Assembly (NCBI RefSeq): GCF_006345805.1
Contig: NC_043001.1
Location: forward strand, 98,146,001 to 98,210,000
Source of the DNA: Octopus sinensis
Lineage: Eukaryota
Direction: 5' to 3'
DNA length: 64,000 nucleotides
Made by a program: the position numbers and the translations under genes
Notes under the pieces: model-generated
Told to the model about the DNA's origin: nothing
Databases searched by the model: none
What the model saw: the letters and a program-made list of their open reading frames with translations, nothing else
Shown here: positions 1 through 13,779 of the stretch, one piece after another
Layout of the letters: each line of letters opens with the position of its first letter
Position numbering within the stretch: position 1 is the first letter of the stretch

Positions 1-147
1 CACAGAAGAGTGTGCATCAGCGTGAAAATAAAAACCGATGCGTATGTACGCTACATGAGCCGTAACCCTTTCGTTAAACTCTAAACGGTATACTGGCTAC
101 GCTCGTACTTGGTAAAATTATGTAGCTGTATGGTCCAGAATGCGTAT

Positions 148-595
148 ATATGTATGTATATGTGTGTGTGTATATATATATATGTCTATATATATATATG
201 CATATATATATACAACTATAAATATATATGCATACATATATACATCTATATATATACATATATATATATATATATACATTTATGTATATACATATATATA
301 TAAATATATATAAATGTAATTATATATGTACATATGCATATATGTGTATATACATTTTTTTATATATATATGTATGTATATATTTATGTATACGTATATA
401 TATATATATTTATGTATATGTATATATATATTTATATGTATATATATATATATGTATGTATATGTATGCATATGTATATATATTTATATATGGATATATA
501 TTTATATATACACATACATATATATGTACTTATATGTATGTATATATCTATGTATCTACGTATGTATGCATGAGTGTGCGTATATATGTATGTAT
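148..595. repeat. Degenerate (TA)n/(TATG)n microsatellite
   Basis: Direct inspection. Similar tracts at 10345-10905, 11090-11400, 12600-12820, 16225-16405, 17655-17910, 22990-23240, 47250-47430, 54380-55070. Confidence 0.97.
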
Positions 596-865
596 ATTTC
601 GTCGGCTTTTGGTCAGTGTTGCAAAATGTGGTTTTACATCAATGCAGCCCAATAACCTAAGAATATGACAAGATAGCAAAATGACATAGTAACAGAACGG
701 AAAACATGATTTGAAGCCGTGTTGGTATTGGAAAGTTCCAATGCTTATGCGTATACAGCATATTAAAGACGTACAGACAGGCAGATAGACAGACAGTCAC
801 ACACACACAAACACACATACACACACAGTCATTGCCTTACGTTTGTGTGTATGTGTATTTATGTG

Positions 866-985
866 TATATATACAGATAGATAGATAGATAGATAGATAG
901 ATAGTAGATAGATAGATAGATAGATAGATAAATAAATAGATATATAGATACATACATACATATATATATATGTATGTATGTATGT

Positions 986-1078
<93 letters not shown>

Positions 1079-1085
1079 CTGATAG
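866..1085. repeat. (GATA)n microsatellite with an internal TA/TATG interruption
   Basis: Direct inspection. Confidence 0.97.
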
Positions 1086-1904
1086 ATGCATAGATACGCG
1101 GACAAAGAGATTGATAAGTATTCTCGGTTTCAATTTTTGACAAAAGGCTAACTAGTTCGGTGAGGGGGTGGGATAAGTAGATTACATCGACCCCAGTACT
1201 CAACTCTTCCTTATGTATGTATGTATGTATGTATATTTCGATTCATACTCACACACATATATAAACATACATATTCACACACACACATACACACACACAC
1301 AGAAGATCTTTTCTGTTTTGCTGCCACTTTTCATTTTAAAAATTTTGTTCCAATTGATTTTGTATTTGCTGTACTGATGTAGTTTTGCATGATAACTATT
1401 GACATGGAATCCATTTTCTCCATAAATGAAAACTAAAGAGTTAATAGGTTTTAAAGTTTGCAAATTTTAGGTAATTTTAGCCAATTGGAAGCCAGGCACA
1501 TATATTGCCTGTTTCCCGTAGTAACAAGCGAAGCTGTTACCAAGCTGCTTACCACGTGTTCCTTTTGTTGCTTATTTGATATTGAAATCACATGAGGTAT
1601 GAGGTGGTCGTGAGATTTGCTGAAAATAACAACTAAATAGGCCTTAAATCACGCTCCAAATTACTTTTTCTTTCTTTGGTTTTTTGCATAATAGTATCAA
1701 TTCCCGTGTGTAGAATAGAAATTTGTAAAGATTATCTGAAAATTCAAAAACATAATAATTACAAGGGGCTAATATGGCATGCATAAAGCAGAATTCCGCC
1801 AATATTTCATTTGTTTACAGTTTTATATTAAAATACCTGCTATCGTCACAATGCAGTCACGCACAAAATGACGGCTTCGAAATTTTGTTTTCTAACTGGG
1901 TAAA

Positions 1905-2434
1905 AATTATCAAACTGAGTGTGTGTTGCGGTGTGCGTGGAATACTTCCCCACGAGCTACTAGACGATAATCAAACAATAACAACCGTTATATACTGCCA
2001 AATGCTAACACAAGTGAATGAAGATTTGCAGCAAAATTATCCATTATTAACAAGCAGAAAACGCGTCATTCTTCATCATTATAATGCTAGATCTCACACT
2101 GTACAAAAGACCAAAGATCTAGAAGATATACCTGGGAAAAATGCTTAAGCCACCATATTCTGCAGACCTCACACCTGCAGATAACCATCTCTTAATAATT
2201 ACAGTGGATTAAAACTTACTTCAAAAGCAAGAGTCGAAAATGAGTTAATTTTCTTTTTCACTTCTAAATCTAATGGTTTTTTGGAATGTGTCATTAAAAC
2301 GTTCATTGGTAGATGGAAAGACGTCATAGAGAAGAGTGGTGACTATATTGATGATTAAATAAATCAGATATTGTCAGTTTTTTTTTTAAGACTGAAAAAA
2401 AAAAAACTGACAGAACTTTTTTATTACAGCCTGA
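1905..2434 (+). mobile_element. mariner transposon 3' half with right TIR, decayed
   Basis: VRGILPHELLDDNQTIT..YCQ, VILHHYNARSHT, PPYSADLTPAD, GRWKDVIEKSGDYIDD*. Terminal cagaactttttattacagcctga followed by TA. Confidence 0.8.
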
Positions 2435-3084
2435 TAGACCCACTAAGGTGAGAGTCTTTTTTCACTGTTCTCATCTTTAATTTGCTGGACACAATGATAT
2501 TTTTTACATCTTCATCCATTCCTTTATCACTGAGCAACCCCAGCTAAGTTTGCTACTGTGACTGTAGAACATTGCTATTTGAATTTTTCAATATCCTTTC
2601 GAATATTTTTAAGGGAAGATAGCTAGTCGATTACAACGACCCCAGGCTGAACTGGGACTTATTTTATCGATACCGAAAGAGCAGAAGTAATATACGCCTC
2701 AACGAAATTTGAACACAGGGCATAAAGCCGGAAGAAACTTCACTAAGCACTTTATCCGGCGTGCTAACGATTTTACCAGCTCACCGCCTTTAAATTTTAT
2801 GATATAAACACTTAAGTGAATACGTTTTACAGCAGTTCGATCCAAAAAATCAAGAAATCCCATCATACATTACATCACTAACGACAGTCGCGAGTAGCAG
2901 TGTCATAAGACTGGTTTGCGGTGATAAGAAATGATTAGAGATAGACAATTGCCTCCATTCAGCTTTCCATAGAAGATAACGCGTGTGCTAACGATACGTG
3001 GGATTATACATGCGTTGAAAATCATTATTAGTTAAAGGCTTTTAAGATGGTCGAGAGCAGAATCATTGGCTGTGCCTTGATAAT

Positions 3085-3310
3085 TGGCAACAGCTAAAGT
3101 GGCGAGGTGGCAGAATCGTTAGCATGCCGGATAAAATGGTTAGCGGCACCTCGCCTGTATTTCCATGCTGGGTTCAAATGCTGCTGGAGTCGACTTCGTC
3201 TTTCATCTTGTCGGGGTTGACAAAATAGGTACCAGTGGAACGCAAGCTCGATTTAATCGGCTTAGACCCTCTTCCGAAATCGCTGCCCTTGTGCTAAAAT
3301 TTGAACCGAT
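3085..3310 (+). mobile_element. SINE family C (same head as B, different tail ggccttgtgcc..), representative copy
   Basis: Further copies near 2600-2790, 19640-19740, 30690-31258, 31330-31493, 31891-32103, 35995-36205, 36410-36620, 46180-46385, 49110-49370, 53195-53340, 61140-61300. Confidence 0.8.
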
Positions 3311-4306
3311 ATTTAGCTAGAGCTCTTTAAGAATTTATTTGAAACCCTGCAGAAATCAGTTCTCTCCTCAATTCTTTCGGATCGACAGAATAAGCTATCA
3401 ATCAAGTACTCAAACTGGTTTATTTGATTGACTCTGTACCTTAAAGTTTTGATCATTGCTAGAACTCCTCATTAAAGATGTTACTTATCAATATCGGTCA
3501 TTATTTTCGTTTGTTTAGAACCAAGTTCAAATCTCCTGGGATTGCATTGGTAATTTCTTCTTTCGTGGTTTGATAACATATGCACTAATCAAGTATTAGT
3601 GGTGTCGATCCCATCAATATTTACACTTCTATTGATGAGGCGAATAATTTAAGATAATTAATTTATTTAACACTTTATTGGATGAGTGCGGACGTATGCT
3701 TCCTCAACCTACATTCTATGAAAGACCATAGAGATGACAGCAGTGTGCCATAGGTAAAAATTCTTTATGTATGCAATGTGTTTCATCTCTCTGTATCTGC
3801 AGTTCATTCATCATTTTAACAATTACTGCTACTGAATCTTACAACTACGTGCATTTCTACTCATCCCATCTTTCAGTTTCTTAGTGAAGAGTTACCGGTC
3901 GTAAATGTGATACATCGAGATACATCATGATATATTACTGTGACTCAAACAAAATCTGAACCAGCCATCTGTTTACTTACATTATTCAAAACTGAAACAG
4001 TGTATATTTATTTATTTATGTGTAAATAAATAAATAAATGGAGTTTAACGCAGGTATAAATCAAATAATTTTACTTCCGACACATGTTTCGAAGATTTCA
4101 CTGATATTATTCAAAAGAATAAATGGTATAAAACAATGCAATCTTCTCTTCAGGTATTTATTTATTTACTTATTTCTCGTGCTCAGTTTTCTTCCTCTCC
4201 TTTTTATCTTCATCCTCTCTTCTTTTTTTTTTTGTTTCCCCCTTTTCCCTTTTTCATCAACACTTATTTACCAGTGATCAGCATTATGTTATGAATTCGT
4301 TGTGAT

Positions 4307-4530
4307 AGATTTCTTTATTGACCACGCAGGGCTGAACACAGAAGGGACAAAATACATAGTAGAATTTTTTTTTAGGGAAGAAGAGGAGAAAAAAAGTGGG
4401 GGCGAATTCCGATCAAAAGGGATCGTGAAAAAAAAATTTGGGCTGATCAATAGGGATCGTGTATCAAAGAAATGTCAATGTAAAAAGGGAAAGCCTACGG
4501 GTAAGACCATGGGAACCTTGGGCAATAGTG
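4307..4530 (-). mobile_element. 5'-truncated 3' UTR of a related Tx1-like element
   Basis: Shares ordered blocks with 38635-39020: tttctttattg..cagggctg..cacaga.gggacaa, cgatcaaaagggatcgt, gatcaatagggatcgtgtatca, aagcctacg..aagacca.gg.aaccttgg.caata. The 3' junction is gatagat|ttctttattg. Confidence 0.85.
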
Positions 4531-5175
4531 TCATGCAAAAAGAAAACACATTACAGTAAGTGGCTTTCTTTTTTCCTTTAGTAGCTACATATGTTTCTGT
4601 CGATATCAGAAATACAAACTGAGCGGGCGGCTTGGTGCATAACGCCACCACCCGTTTCCTGTTTGCCTTTTACAAAATTCCTTCTCTCGCTGGCATCGAT
4701 ACTACTCTCCAATCGCACTTTTTTTCTGGAGACATTAGTTTAGATGTTCAGGTCGTGCATGAATACAAGAAACCTGCGAAAATTATGGACATAGTTGTCA
4801 CTCTTATATAAAAATGGTACAGTACCTAAGACTAAAGCTTCTCTACGTATTTACCACAACACTAGTTTTCTCTATTTATGTAATATCTCGGAAACGAGGA
4901 TTAAAGATCGTTATACCACCGACATCTCTATGATTAATTCATTTACAACTTAATTTTATGTATATAAATAGAAATTTTGCAAACAGAAACAGAACACTTC
5001 TTTATATTAAGCATCAGGAGAATTTTAGATTTCAGGAAAATGGTTTATAATGAACATTAAATGCTAGTTTCTGCAATTTAATCCAACTACATAGGAAAAA
5101 AATAGAATATTTATATAACTAAGAAATCATGTGATTATTTCGCAATGCAATATCCTACCTGGGAATTGTATAGTC

Positions 5176-5219
<44 letters not shown>

Positions 5220-5816
5220 TCACAAGAATCAAACCTTGAAACTATGCAGTAAGGTTGAGTAGGCCTAGGCAATATTGCTAGCTCGATCGAGAGAAATCAG
5301 ATTAATAAATTAAATTAAATAAGTTGCAATTGAGGTTAGCCAAATTTCCCTGCATTTCTTTCTAAAATGGATTAAGATTCCACATAAGAAGACTTTAATA
5401 TCTATTGTACATGCAATTTATGAAAATTTCCATTAATAGCAGTAACACATGTTCTATCATTGTATTAGATAATTTCTATTATGTTTCGAATATTGCAATG
5501 GTTTCATTAAGAAGGTCGGACCGAGTACAAATTCATTTGATTACATTCAACAATCTCATTGCTTCGAGGCCGTTTTATGTTCAATAACATTACACTTCAG
5601 ACGTTTCTGGAGTTGAATGAAACAAAGGAATGCCAGAGCAAAAGCCTCATTATAATTAATTACAGCCCGATCGATACCGAGTTCAAACCTCGGCGCAGTA
5701 AACTTTTTCATCTATGTTTCTCAGTAATGTATATGTATAAAACGTGCCTCTAAAATCAATTCAGTTATATTCGACGTTAACATACAAGATTGCCTTATGT
5801 GCAGCCCAAGACAACT

Positions 5817-5887
<71 letters not shown>

Positions 5888-6255
5888 CTGTGTACAGTAA
5901 AAACAAACTCATAGAGATTCGAGTTTGTCAGATGAAATCGATTCCGAGTTTCAATAAGTCAATTTCACTTTTGATGCCATGGGAGCAGAAATTCGAATTG
6001 GATTAGAAGTTGAAAGTGAATGAACTCTTTTACATACACACACATACATACATACATACATACATACATACATACATACATACACACATATATACATACA
6101 TACATACATACATACATACATACATACATACATACACACATATATACGTACATGCATTCATACATGCATGAATACATACTCGCACACATGCATACATTCG
6201 TACGTACGTGTGTGAGTTTGTGTGTGTGTGTATTTATATGTAAGTGTGTATGTGA

Positions 6256-6590
6256 AGGCGACTGGATCTGTGGTTAGGGTATTCGGCTCATAATCGAAAG
6301 TTCATGAGTCTGATTCCTGGAGGCGCCGTGTTTCCTTGAGCAAAATACTTTATTTCCCACTGCTTTAGTTCACTCAGCTGGCAATAATGAAATAATGAGT
6401 AGCACGTGTATATCAAAGAGCTAATCTTGTCGCATTTTGTTTTTGTCTCTCGTGAAATTGGCGTGCAAATTGGCTGAGTATACCACGTGTCTGTGGAGTG
6501 GTTAGCCACTTACACGCTTCTTTCACAAGCAGGCTGTTCTATGGACTGGATCATCTGGGTCCCACGTCGTCGTAACTGACGGAGCTCCAG
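6256..6590 (+). mobile_element. SINE family E (tRNA-like head, central ccttgagcaa...cactcagctggca domain)
   Basis: The 3' tail is shared with 32743-32850. Related heads lie on the minus strand near 9860-10010 and 21130-21290. Confidence 0.75.
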
Positions 6591-7340
6591 GTATGTGTCA
6601 GTTATATGTATGTGCTTGTTTGCGTAGAAGAACTGTTCCATATATATGCCAGTTATACGTATGTGCTTGTTTGTGTTCGAGTGGGGAATTAATTCTTCAA
6701 GAATTGATGTAGACTTACAGGAATTATTAAATAATTTAATGCATCTCTTACTTGAAGCATTCGGTATTGTTTTCTTTTGACTCTCTTTATTTCCAACAAA
6801 AATTCTGACTACAATTATACGTCAACGAAGTCGAGATCAATTTTCCTGCTATCCTTTCAGGGCCAACGAAATGTACCAGAATCACTCAGGTGCTACGGTC
6901 TGTTTCAGCGGCTTCAAATCAAGAGCTGGCATAACTAATGGTCGTCGACTTCGTTTTTGACCCCCAAAACTACATTATCCACTATGTCCTTCCATTCGGT
7001 GACCGATTAGTAGAATCCTTAGGGCAACATCAAAATGAATTCTGATAATTTTTTAGGGCTTTTTGCATTTTGAGTTCAAACCCTGCTGTGATCAGCTTTA
7101 CCTTTCATCCTTCCAAGATAAATAAAACAAAAACTAGAGAGGGCAGTCAAATGCTGAGTTCAATATAATTGTTTATTCCGTCCCACCTAATTTCTCGGGG
7201 GTCGCTTTGTTTGACTAAATCCCTTTGAGGCGATGCCCCTGCATGACCACCATCCAACGAATGAAGCAAGTAAAAAATAAAAGAACTGTTAGAACATCAA
7301 ACTAAATGTTTCATGGTATTTAGTTACCTACCTTTCTATG

Positions 7341-7709
7341 TTTCTTTACTACCTACAAGGGGCTAAACACAGAGGGGACAAACAAGGACAGACAAACGGA
7401 TTAAGTCGATTATATCGACCCCAGTGCGTAACTGGTATTTAATTTATCGACCCTGAAAGGATGAAAGGCAAAGTCAACCTCGGCAGACGAAATACCTATT
7501 TCTTTACTACCCACAAAGGGGTAAACACAGAGAGGACAAACAAGGACAGACAAACGGATTAAGTCGATTACATTGACCCCAGTGCGTAACTGGTACTTAA
7601 TTTATCGACCCCGAAAGGATGAAAGGCAAAGTTGACCTCGGCGGAATTTGAACTCACAACGTAACGACAGACGAAATACGGCTGCACGTTTCTGCCAGCT
7701 CGCCGCCTT
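7341..7709 (-). mobile_element. SINE family B (tRNA-like head, Tx1-like tail), head+body+body form
   Basis: Head ggcggcgagctggcagaaacg, B-box gagttcaaattcc. The body is repeated, with junction gaaataggtatttcgtctgccg near 7495. Confidence 0.9.
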
Positions 7710-8265
7710 TATATTCTGATTTATATTTATATTCTAATTTCAGATCTCACTGTGGTCATGATGTAATGGTCTTTTACCTTTCCTTGTAAAACATCTCACA
7801 GGGGAAAGGAGAAAGTGTTACTGTGTGAGCTACTTCCTGTTTTTCATAGAACTTTACTTAGCCGTCAGCTCATGAAAGAACACGTCCTTCTCACCTCTCA
7901 GATCCTTATCAACAGAGACTGGATCAATAGATTTCATCCTCAGAAAGAAATATGGGTGATGGAAGAATACAACTGCCAAACTGGATGAGAATGTGAATGT
8001 TTAAATGTATGAATTTTGGTTGATATAGTTGTTAATTCCCATATCAGCTTAATTTGACGCGGATTAAGAAGGGAGCATCTATATCGTGATACCATTGGTT
8101 CTCCTAGAAATAGCAGCCTATCTCACTTAAATCACAATCTATTGTACAAGAACATTCAATAGTATGCTTCTACATAGACCGCGTCTGAAAAACAAAATTA
8201 GGTAGATCATTAACTCCATGTATTTGGCTACGATTTATACAAAATTATTTTAAAAATTAGCTATA

Positions 8266-8686
8266 GGCGTAGGAGTGGCTGTGTGGTAAGTAGCTTGCTT
8301 AAGAACCACATAGTTCCGGGTTCAGTCCCGCTGCGTGGCACCTTGGGCAAGTGTCTTCAACTATAGCCTCGGGCCAGCCAAAGCTTTGTGAGTGGATTTG
8401 GTAGACGGAAACTGAAAGAAGCCCGTCGTATATATGAATGTATATGTATTTATATATGTGTGTGTGTATGTTTGTGTGTGTGTTTGTCCTCCCCAAAGTT
8501 GCTTGATAACCGATGCTGGTGTGCTTACGTCCCCGTAACTTAGCGGTTCGGCAAAAGAGACCGATAGAATAAGTACTAGGCTTACAAAGAATAAGTCGTG
8601 GGGTCGATTTGCTCGACTAAAGGCGGTGCTCCAGCATGGCCACTGTCAAATGACTGAAACAAGTAAAAGAGTAAACAGAGTAAAAG
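8266..8686 (+). mobile_element. SINE family A (tRNA-like head, internal TA/TG microsatellite, (GTAAAAGA)n tail)
   Basis: ggcgtaggagtggctgtgtggtaag..gggttcagtccc..; tail ccagcatggcc.c.gtcaaatgactgaaacaagtaaaagag. Confidence 0.92.
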
Positions 8687-9361
8687 CGTAGCAAACTGAA
8701 ATCAGAAGCAGTCCAACGTTCTTGTACCGACGTCTTCATATTCGGAAAAATATATCAAAGAATTAGTCTATGTTTTCTAGCAGTCACAGCCAAAACGTGA
8801 AATCTCTGTTTTGGCTTCACTGTTTATTTTTTTCGTTCTCCTCGTTATTACATTGCATCATGTTATGGGGAATATTTAAATATAGTATTTTCCTAATCAG
8901 CAGTTTCAATTATAGCTTCCACTTCAGTATGATGCATTATACCTGTCAATGGCCGAGATAAGACTATATATTTTCCGATCTGTCTTCAGTTGGCAGTGCT
9001 GTAGTATATATATCTTAGCCAGATCTTAACTGATTACTCTTGGCTCATGAAATACCTAAAAACTACCCAAACTGTAACTGTAACTATAACGTGTTATTCG
9101 AAGGGGTGGTTATAATATTGATGGTGATAGAGTTGTTATCGTTGGTTACGATGGTATTGCTGATAGTAGTAGTAACAGTAGTGGCAGTAGTGGTGGTGGT
9201 GTTGGCTACTCCCACCTCGGCACTGATCGACGAGGCCCATGTTCAAACGTTCTTCTATTTGTTAACATGCCAATTTATCATTTTCTTTTTCTTCCATTTT
9301 GCGACATAAAACACTTTTTTCCCCATGTTCTACAAATATTACACAGTATAATAAACACTGT

Positions 9362-9648
9362 GGAGGCGCAATTGTCCAGTGGTTAGGGCAGCGGACTCGC
9401 GGTCGGAGAATCGCGGTTTCGATTCCAGACCGGGCGTTGTGTGTGCTTATTGAACGAAAACACCTAAAAGCTCCACGAGGCACCGGCAGGGGATGGTGGC
9501 GACCCCTGTTGTACTGTCTCGCCACAACTTTCTCTCAGTCTCTCTTCCTGTTTCTTGAGTAACGCTGCGATGGATTGGCGTCCCGTCCAGCTGCGGGGAA
9601 CACATATGCCATAGAAACCGGGAAACCGGGCCCATGAGCTTGGCTAGA
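9362..9648 (+). mobile_element. SINE family D with V-domain-like 3' part
   Basis: Head ggaggcgcaattgtccagtggttagggcagcggactc; ctgcgatggattggcgtcccgtccag at 9565-9590. Confidence 0.85.
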
Positions 9649-10541
9649 CTTTCTTTTTTTTTTTCATATATAATAAACACTATTCAGTAAAAAACTGGAG
9701 CGCCACACCCGAGGGCGAATATGACTTGGTGAAATGTACCATGCTTTCGCTACTTGTTTTAAATGCCTGCGTAGTCGCAAATAAACTTTGATACCCTCAA
9801 GGCTTTGATCCAGTAGAACATCCAGAATACGACAGTCGGAGCAGGGGAAGAAGTGCACCAGCATTAGGATCATACACATTTTCAGCTGAGTCGACAGGAT
9901 TAAAGTGAAATGAAATAACCTGCTTATTGAAACAGCGTACCGCTTAGCTAGGAATTGAACTCGCGAAATAATGATCGTGAACCGAACACGCTAACCACTA
10001 GGTTATGCGCTGTCACCAATATATGAAATACAGTTTGTGATATGAGGGAAGCGAGCACATTGTAAAACTCACGTTGGCGTGGATAAGTTTGTAGATCTTT
10101 CTTTACTTACAACCTAGCTATGATAAAAGACACTCCACGCGTGACTATCCAACCTTTTCAGATTTAGTGCAAAACTTGCTACATCATCTAATATGTCGAC
10201 GTCAAATGAAATGGTTGTAGAAGTTTGAGAGATATTTCGTTTCTATGTTTAGCGTCTTTGATACACTGTTGTGATTGGAGGTGCGTTGGTAACTACGTGC
10301 GTACGTGTATATTTTATGACGATTTGTAAGCATCGGAGACATTATGTGTATGTGTGTGGTTGTGCATATATATGTGTGTGTATGCGTGCATGTAGGTATG
10401 TATATATATATATATATATACATATATATACATTTACATACACACATATATATACATACATGCATACGTATATTCATACATATACATACATGTATACATA
10501 CATATATACATACATATATACATATATACATACATGTATAC

Positions 10542-10593
<52 letters not shown>

Positions 10594-10601
10594 GCAAACA
10601 G

Positions 10602-10638
<37 letters not shown>

Positions 10639-11106
10639 GCATATATATATATATATGTATATATACATACATATATATAATACACATACATATATACACA
10701 CACTCACATACACATATTTAGATGCCTGCATACTCACATTCACATATACAGAGGCATACACAGAAATGTGAGTGTTTGTATGTGTGAGTGAGTGTATGTA
10801 TGTATGTATGTATGTATGCATGTATGTATGTATGTATGTATGTATGTATGTATGTATGTATGTATGTATGTATGTATGTATGTATGTATGTATGCATGCA
10901 TGTGTGAGTGACTGATCGTGTGTTTACGTTCTGGAAAGAAACTGAAAAATAAAATCGAACCCAGAGAGAATATTAATTATATTTCTAGGATAAATAAAAT
11001 ACCTAGAAAGTACTTATTAATTCTCTTTGTTTATTCCGTACACACATTAAGCACAACTATAAGTATATACATAAGCACACACATAGACACACGCATATAT
11101 ATATAT

Positions 11107-11182
<76 letters not shown>

Positions 11183-11330
11183 TATATATATATATATAAT
11201 ATATTATATATATATATATGCATATATGTCAGAATCTTTTGAGATTCTTCAAATATATATACATATATATAATATATATTTACACACACACACGTATATA
11301 TATTTACACGAGTGTGTGTGTATGTATTTA

Positions 11331-11385
<55 letters not shown>

Positions 11386-12184
11386 GTATATGTGTGCATG
11401 TTTGTGTATGTATGTATGCATGCACATATATACACAGGCAAAAAGGGAATAGAATAAAAATGAGACAAAAAGGAACGTTTTCGTATACTAATGTATATGA
11501 TATAAAATATATGTGTTTGTGTATGTTTGTGTGTTTGTGTGTGTGTGTGTGTTTGTACTTGTGTATGTGAATATATGTTCCCATGCCCGCGCGCGTGTGT
11601 GTGTAGAGAGAGAGAGTGAGAGGAGGAGAGAGAGAGAGATACAAGTTAGAAGTATATGTGCGTACACAGGTACATGTATACGTCGATATCAAATCTACAC
11701 ACATACACCTATATGAACTCATATATACTTGTCCACGCATACACTGACACACGCACATAGACACATACAGAGAAAGAGAGAGAATCAAAGAGAGAGAGAG
11801 AGAGGAAAAAGCTGAGAGAATGTGTGTATATATGTGTGCGAGAGAATTTAGCTTTCTTAGGCGTATTCGTTTAAAATACGTCAACTGTGCAAAAGGTGAA
11901 GTCTTAGTAGAGTATCAGATCTTTTGGAAGATCAGTTCTTTGTTTATTGTTTAACAAGCCATGGTTCCAGAACTAAGGTTGACTGCTCACAGCCAACATA
12001 AAATAAAACAAATTTTCAGAATGGTGACAGATGGTTTGTCGTGCCGAATATTGTCTTTGGAAATAATTCTACTTACCATTTGTTGCTTTCGAATGTTTGT
12101 TATTCAAGCGTTGAAGGAAATGTGAACGAAAAGGAAAACTAGTTCAAATTCTTTCTTACACTATATATATATTTATAGTGTATA

Positions 12185-12600
12185 GCCACTACACACATTT
12201 TTTCTCTCCTTGTTTTTCTCCTTGTTTATTCTGTGTTCCTTTCTGTAGAAGAGCGTAGGCTCGAAACGTAAAAGCGTTATACTAATACATCTGTTTGTTT
12301 TTTACACCACCTGAATTCGTCTTTTGTTTTTCTCGTAAACTCTCCCTATATATATATATATAGAAGATACAAAAATGGGACAAGAACGCAAAGCATCAGG
12401 ACAGTTGGGTGATACAAAAAAGGGACAACAAAACATCCAGGCAGACGATACAAAAATAAAAACCAAGGACTGGTTATTCGGAGTTTTCTATCCTCAGTCG
12501 AGTTCCAGATTATCTTTGCAATTTCAGCTGGTTATACTCGAGATTGCTCAAATCTGACCAGCCCCAAAGAAAAACTAATCCCTCTCGATAAAACAAACTC
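12185..12600. mobile_element. Two oppositely oriented Penelope-like terminal-repeat-type fragments joined at a (TA)n tract
   Basis: 12185-12347 (+) carries the hammerhead-like motif. 12362-12600 (-) shares ggatgttttgttgtccc..tttgtatcacc..gttcttgtcccat with 33388-33448. The PLE assignment is an inference from the ribozyme-like motif and T-rich architecture. Confidence 0.45.
12239..12274 (+). ncRNA. Type-I hammerhead ribozyme-like motif with variant core CUGUAGA
   Basis: CUUU-CUGUAGA-A-GAGC(GUAG)GCUC-GAAA-CG-UA^AAAG. Stems I and II pair fully; palindromic ACGU stem III; A6 position is U. Confidence 0.5.
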
Positions 12601-12641
12601 ATATACATTCACGTGTACATATATACGTATATACGTGTATA

Positions 12642-12691
<50 letters not shown>

Positions 12692-12766
12692 TGTGTGTGT
12701 GGTATGTATGTTTGTATGACTATATGAGTGTATGTCTACAAAATATGTTTGTGTGTGTGTGTATGC

Positions 12767-12821
<55 letters not shown>

Positions 12822-12992
12822 TATGACAAAATTTACAGACGTTACTTTATTTGATAGAAACACTTAACGTTATAAGTACATACAGAGTTCCGACTATCGA
12901 CAGACGGTCTTGCTACCGCCAGGTAATATTTACTTTATTGTTTCAAGAACATGTTCGCTCGGAGTTGTTTGTAAGTTTTATTATTATTATTG

Positions 12993-13760
12993 AATGAGAG
13001 AGCAGAGGATACCATCAAAGTGACGCTGAGGTAAAATATACGAAGCCTAGTATACCCATCATGACTACCCGTCTGATAAGGGTACACCAGGTTCGTGCAT
13101 CACAACCATATGTGCACGACATAGTGATCTTATATCAAGATAAACAGCGCATCATATTTAGACCCAGTTAGAGTTTTCTTCGTGTCGAGTGGCCCACCCC
13201 GCCCAAAAGGTCCCTGAATAAGGGTTATTTAAGGTTGTTGAACGAAACACCCATGTTTCCAGAGGTGAATTATCCAAACGCCAAAGGATTCCTCTCAACA
13301 CATGGCTATGATGCGCCCTCAGTATTTCTGCACGTGATCAGAGATGCACACATCGTCAGCCACTAAGAGGCATGCTCAACTGGTTAAGATCAAACAGCTG
13401 TCAAGCAAATCTGTGATAGTGAGCAGAATATTTGCTGTAGCCCATCTTTTATACCTAGACAAAACAATGTACATGATAACACTTACAATCAGTTAAGATG
13501 AAAAGCCATAAGAACCAGTGTCTGGGACTGCATTAGGGCATTGACGCCGGGATACAAATATTCGAAGCCTAATATATCTATCATGACTACACTTTTGAAA
13601 ATGATATATCAGGTACACGCATCACAACCGTATGTGCGCAATATGGTGACTTCATATTAAATTAAACAGCACATGACCTAGCAGGCGGGGCTCAGTTACA
13701 ATATTTTCAGCTGGATTCACTCATCGCACTGAAAAGGTCCTCGAATAAGGGTTGTTTAAG
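12993..13760. repeat. About 550-bp interspersed repeat plus a head-to-tail diverged partial copy
   Basis: 13020-13235 aligns with 13545-13760 (gaagcctagtatacccatcatgactac / gaagcctaatatatctatcatgactac; catcacaacc.tatgtgc; aaaaggtcc..gaataagggtt.tttaag). It begins after (TTA)n. Class unknown. Confidence 0.7.
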
Positions 13761-13779
13761 AAAACGTGAGCGAAAGATA

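Noticed and set aside
74-1203. Many ORFs rich in YI/IY/MYV/LSIY, here and throughout the window
   Set aside because: They are translations of (TA)n, (TATG)n and (GATA)n microsatellites, with no coding signal.
7341-7709. Repeated SINE bodies as CRISPR-like or satellite arrays
   Set aside because: There is no repeat-spacer periodicity; these are dispersed retroposon copies in a eukaryote.
8266-8340. tRNA-like sequences at SINE heads
   Set aside because: They lack full cloverleaves and continue into SINE bodies, so they are not tRNA genes.
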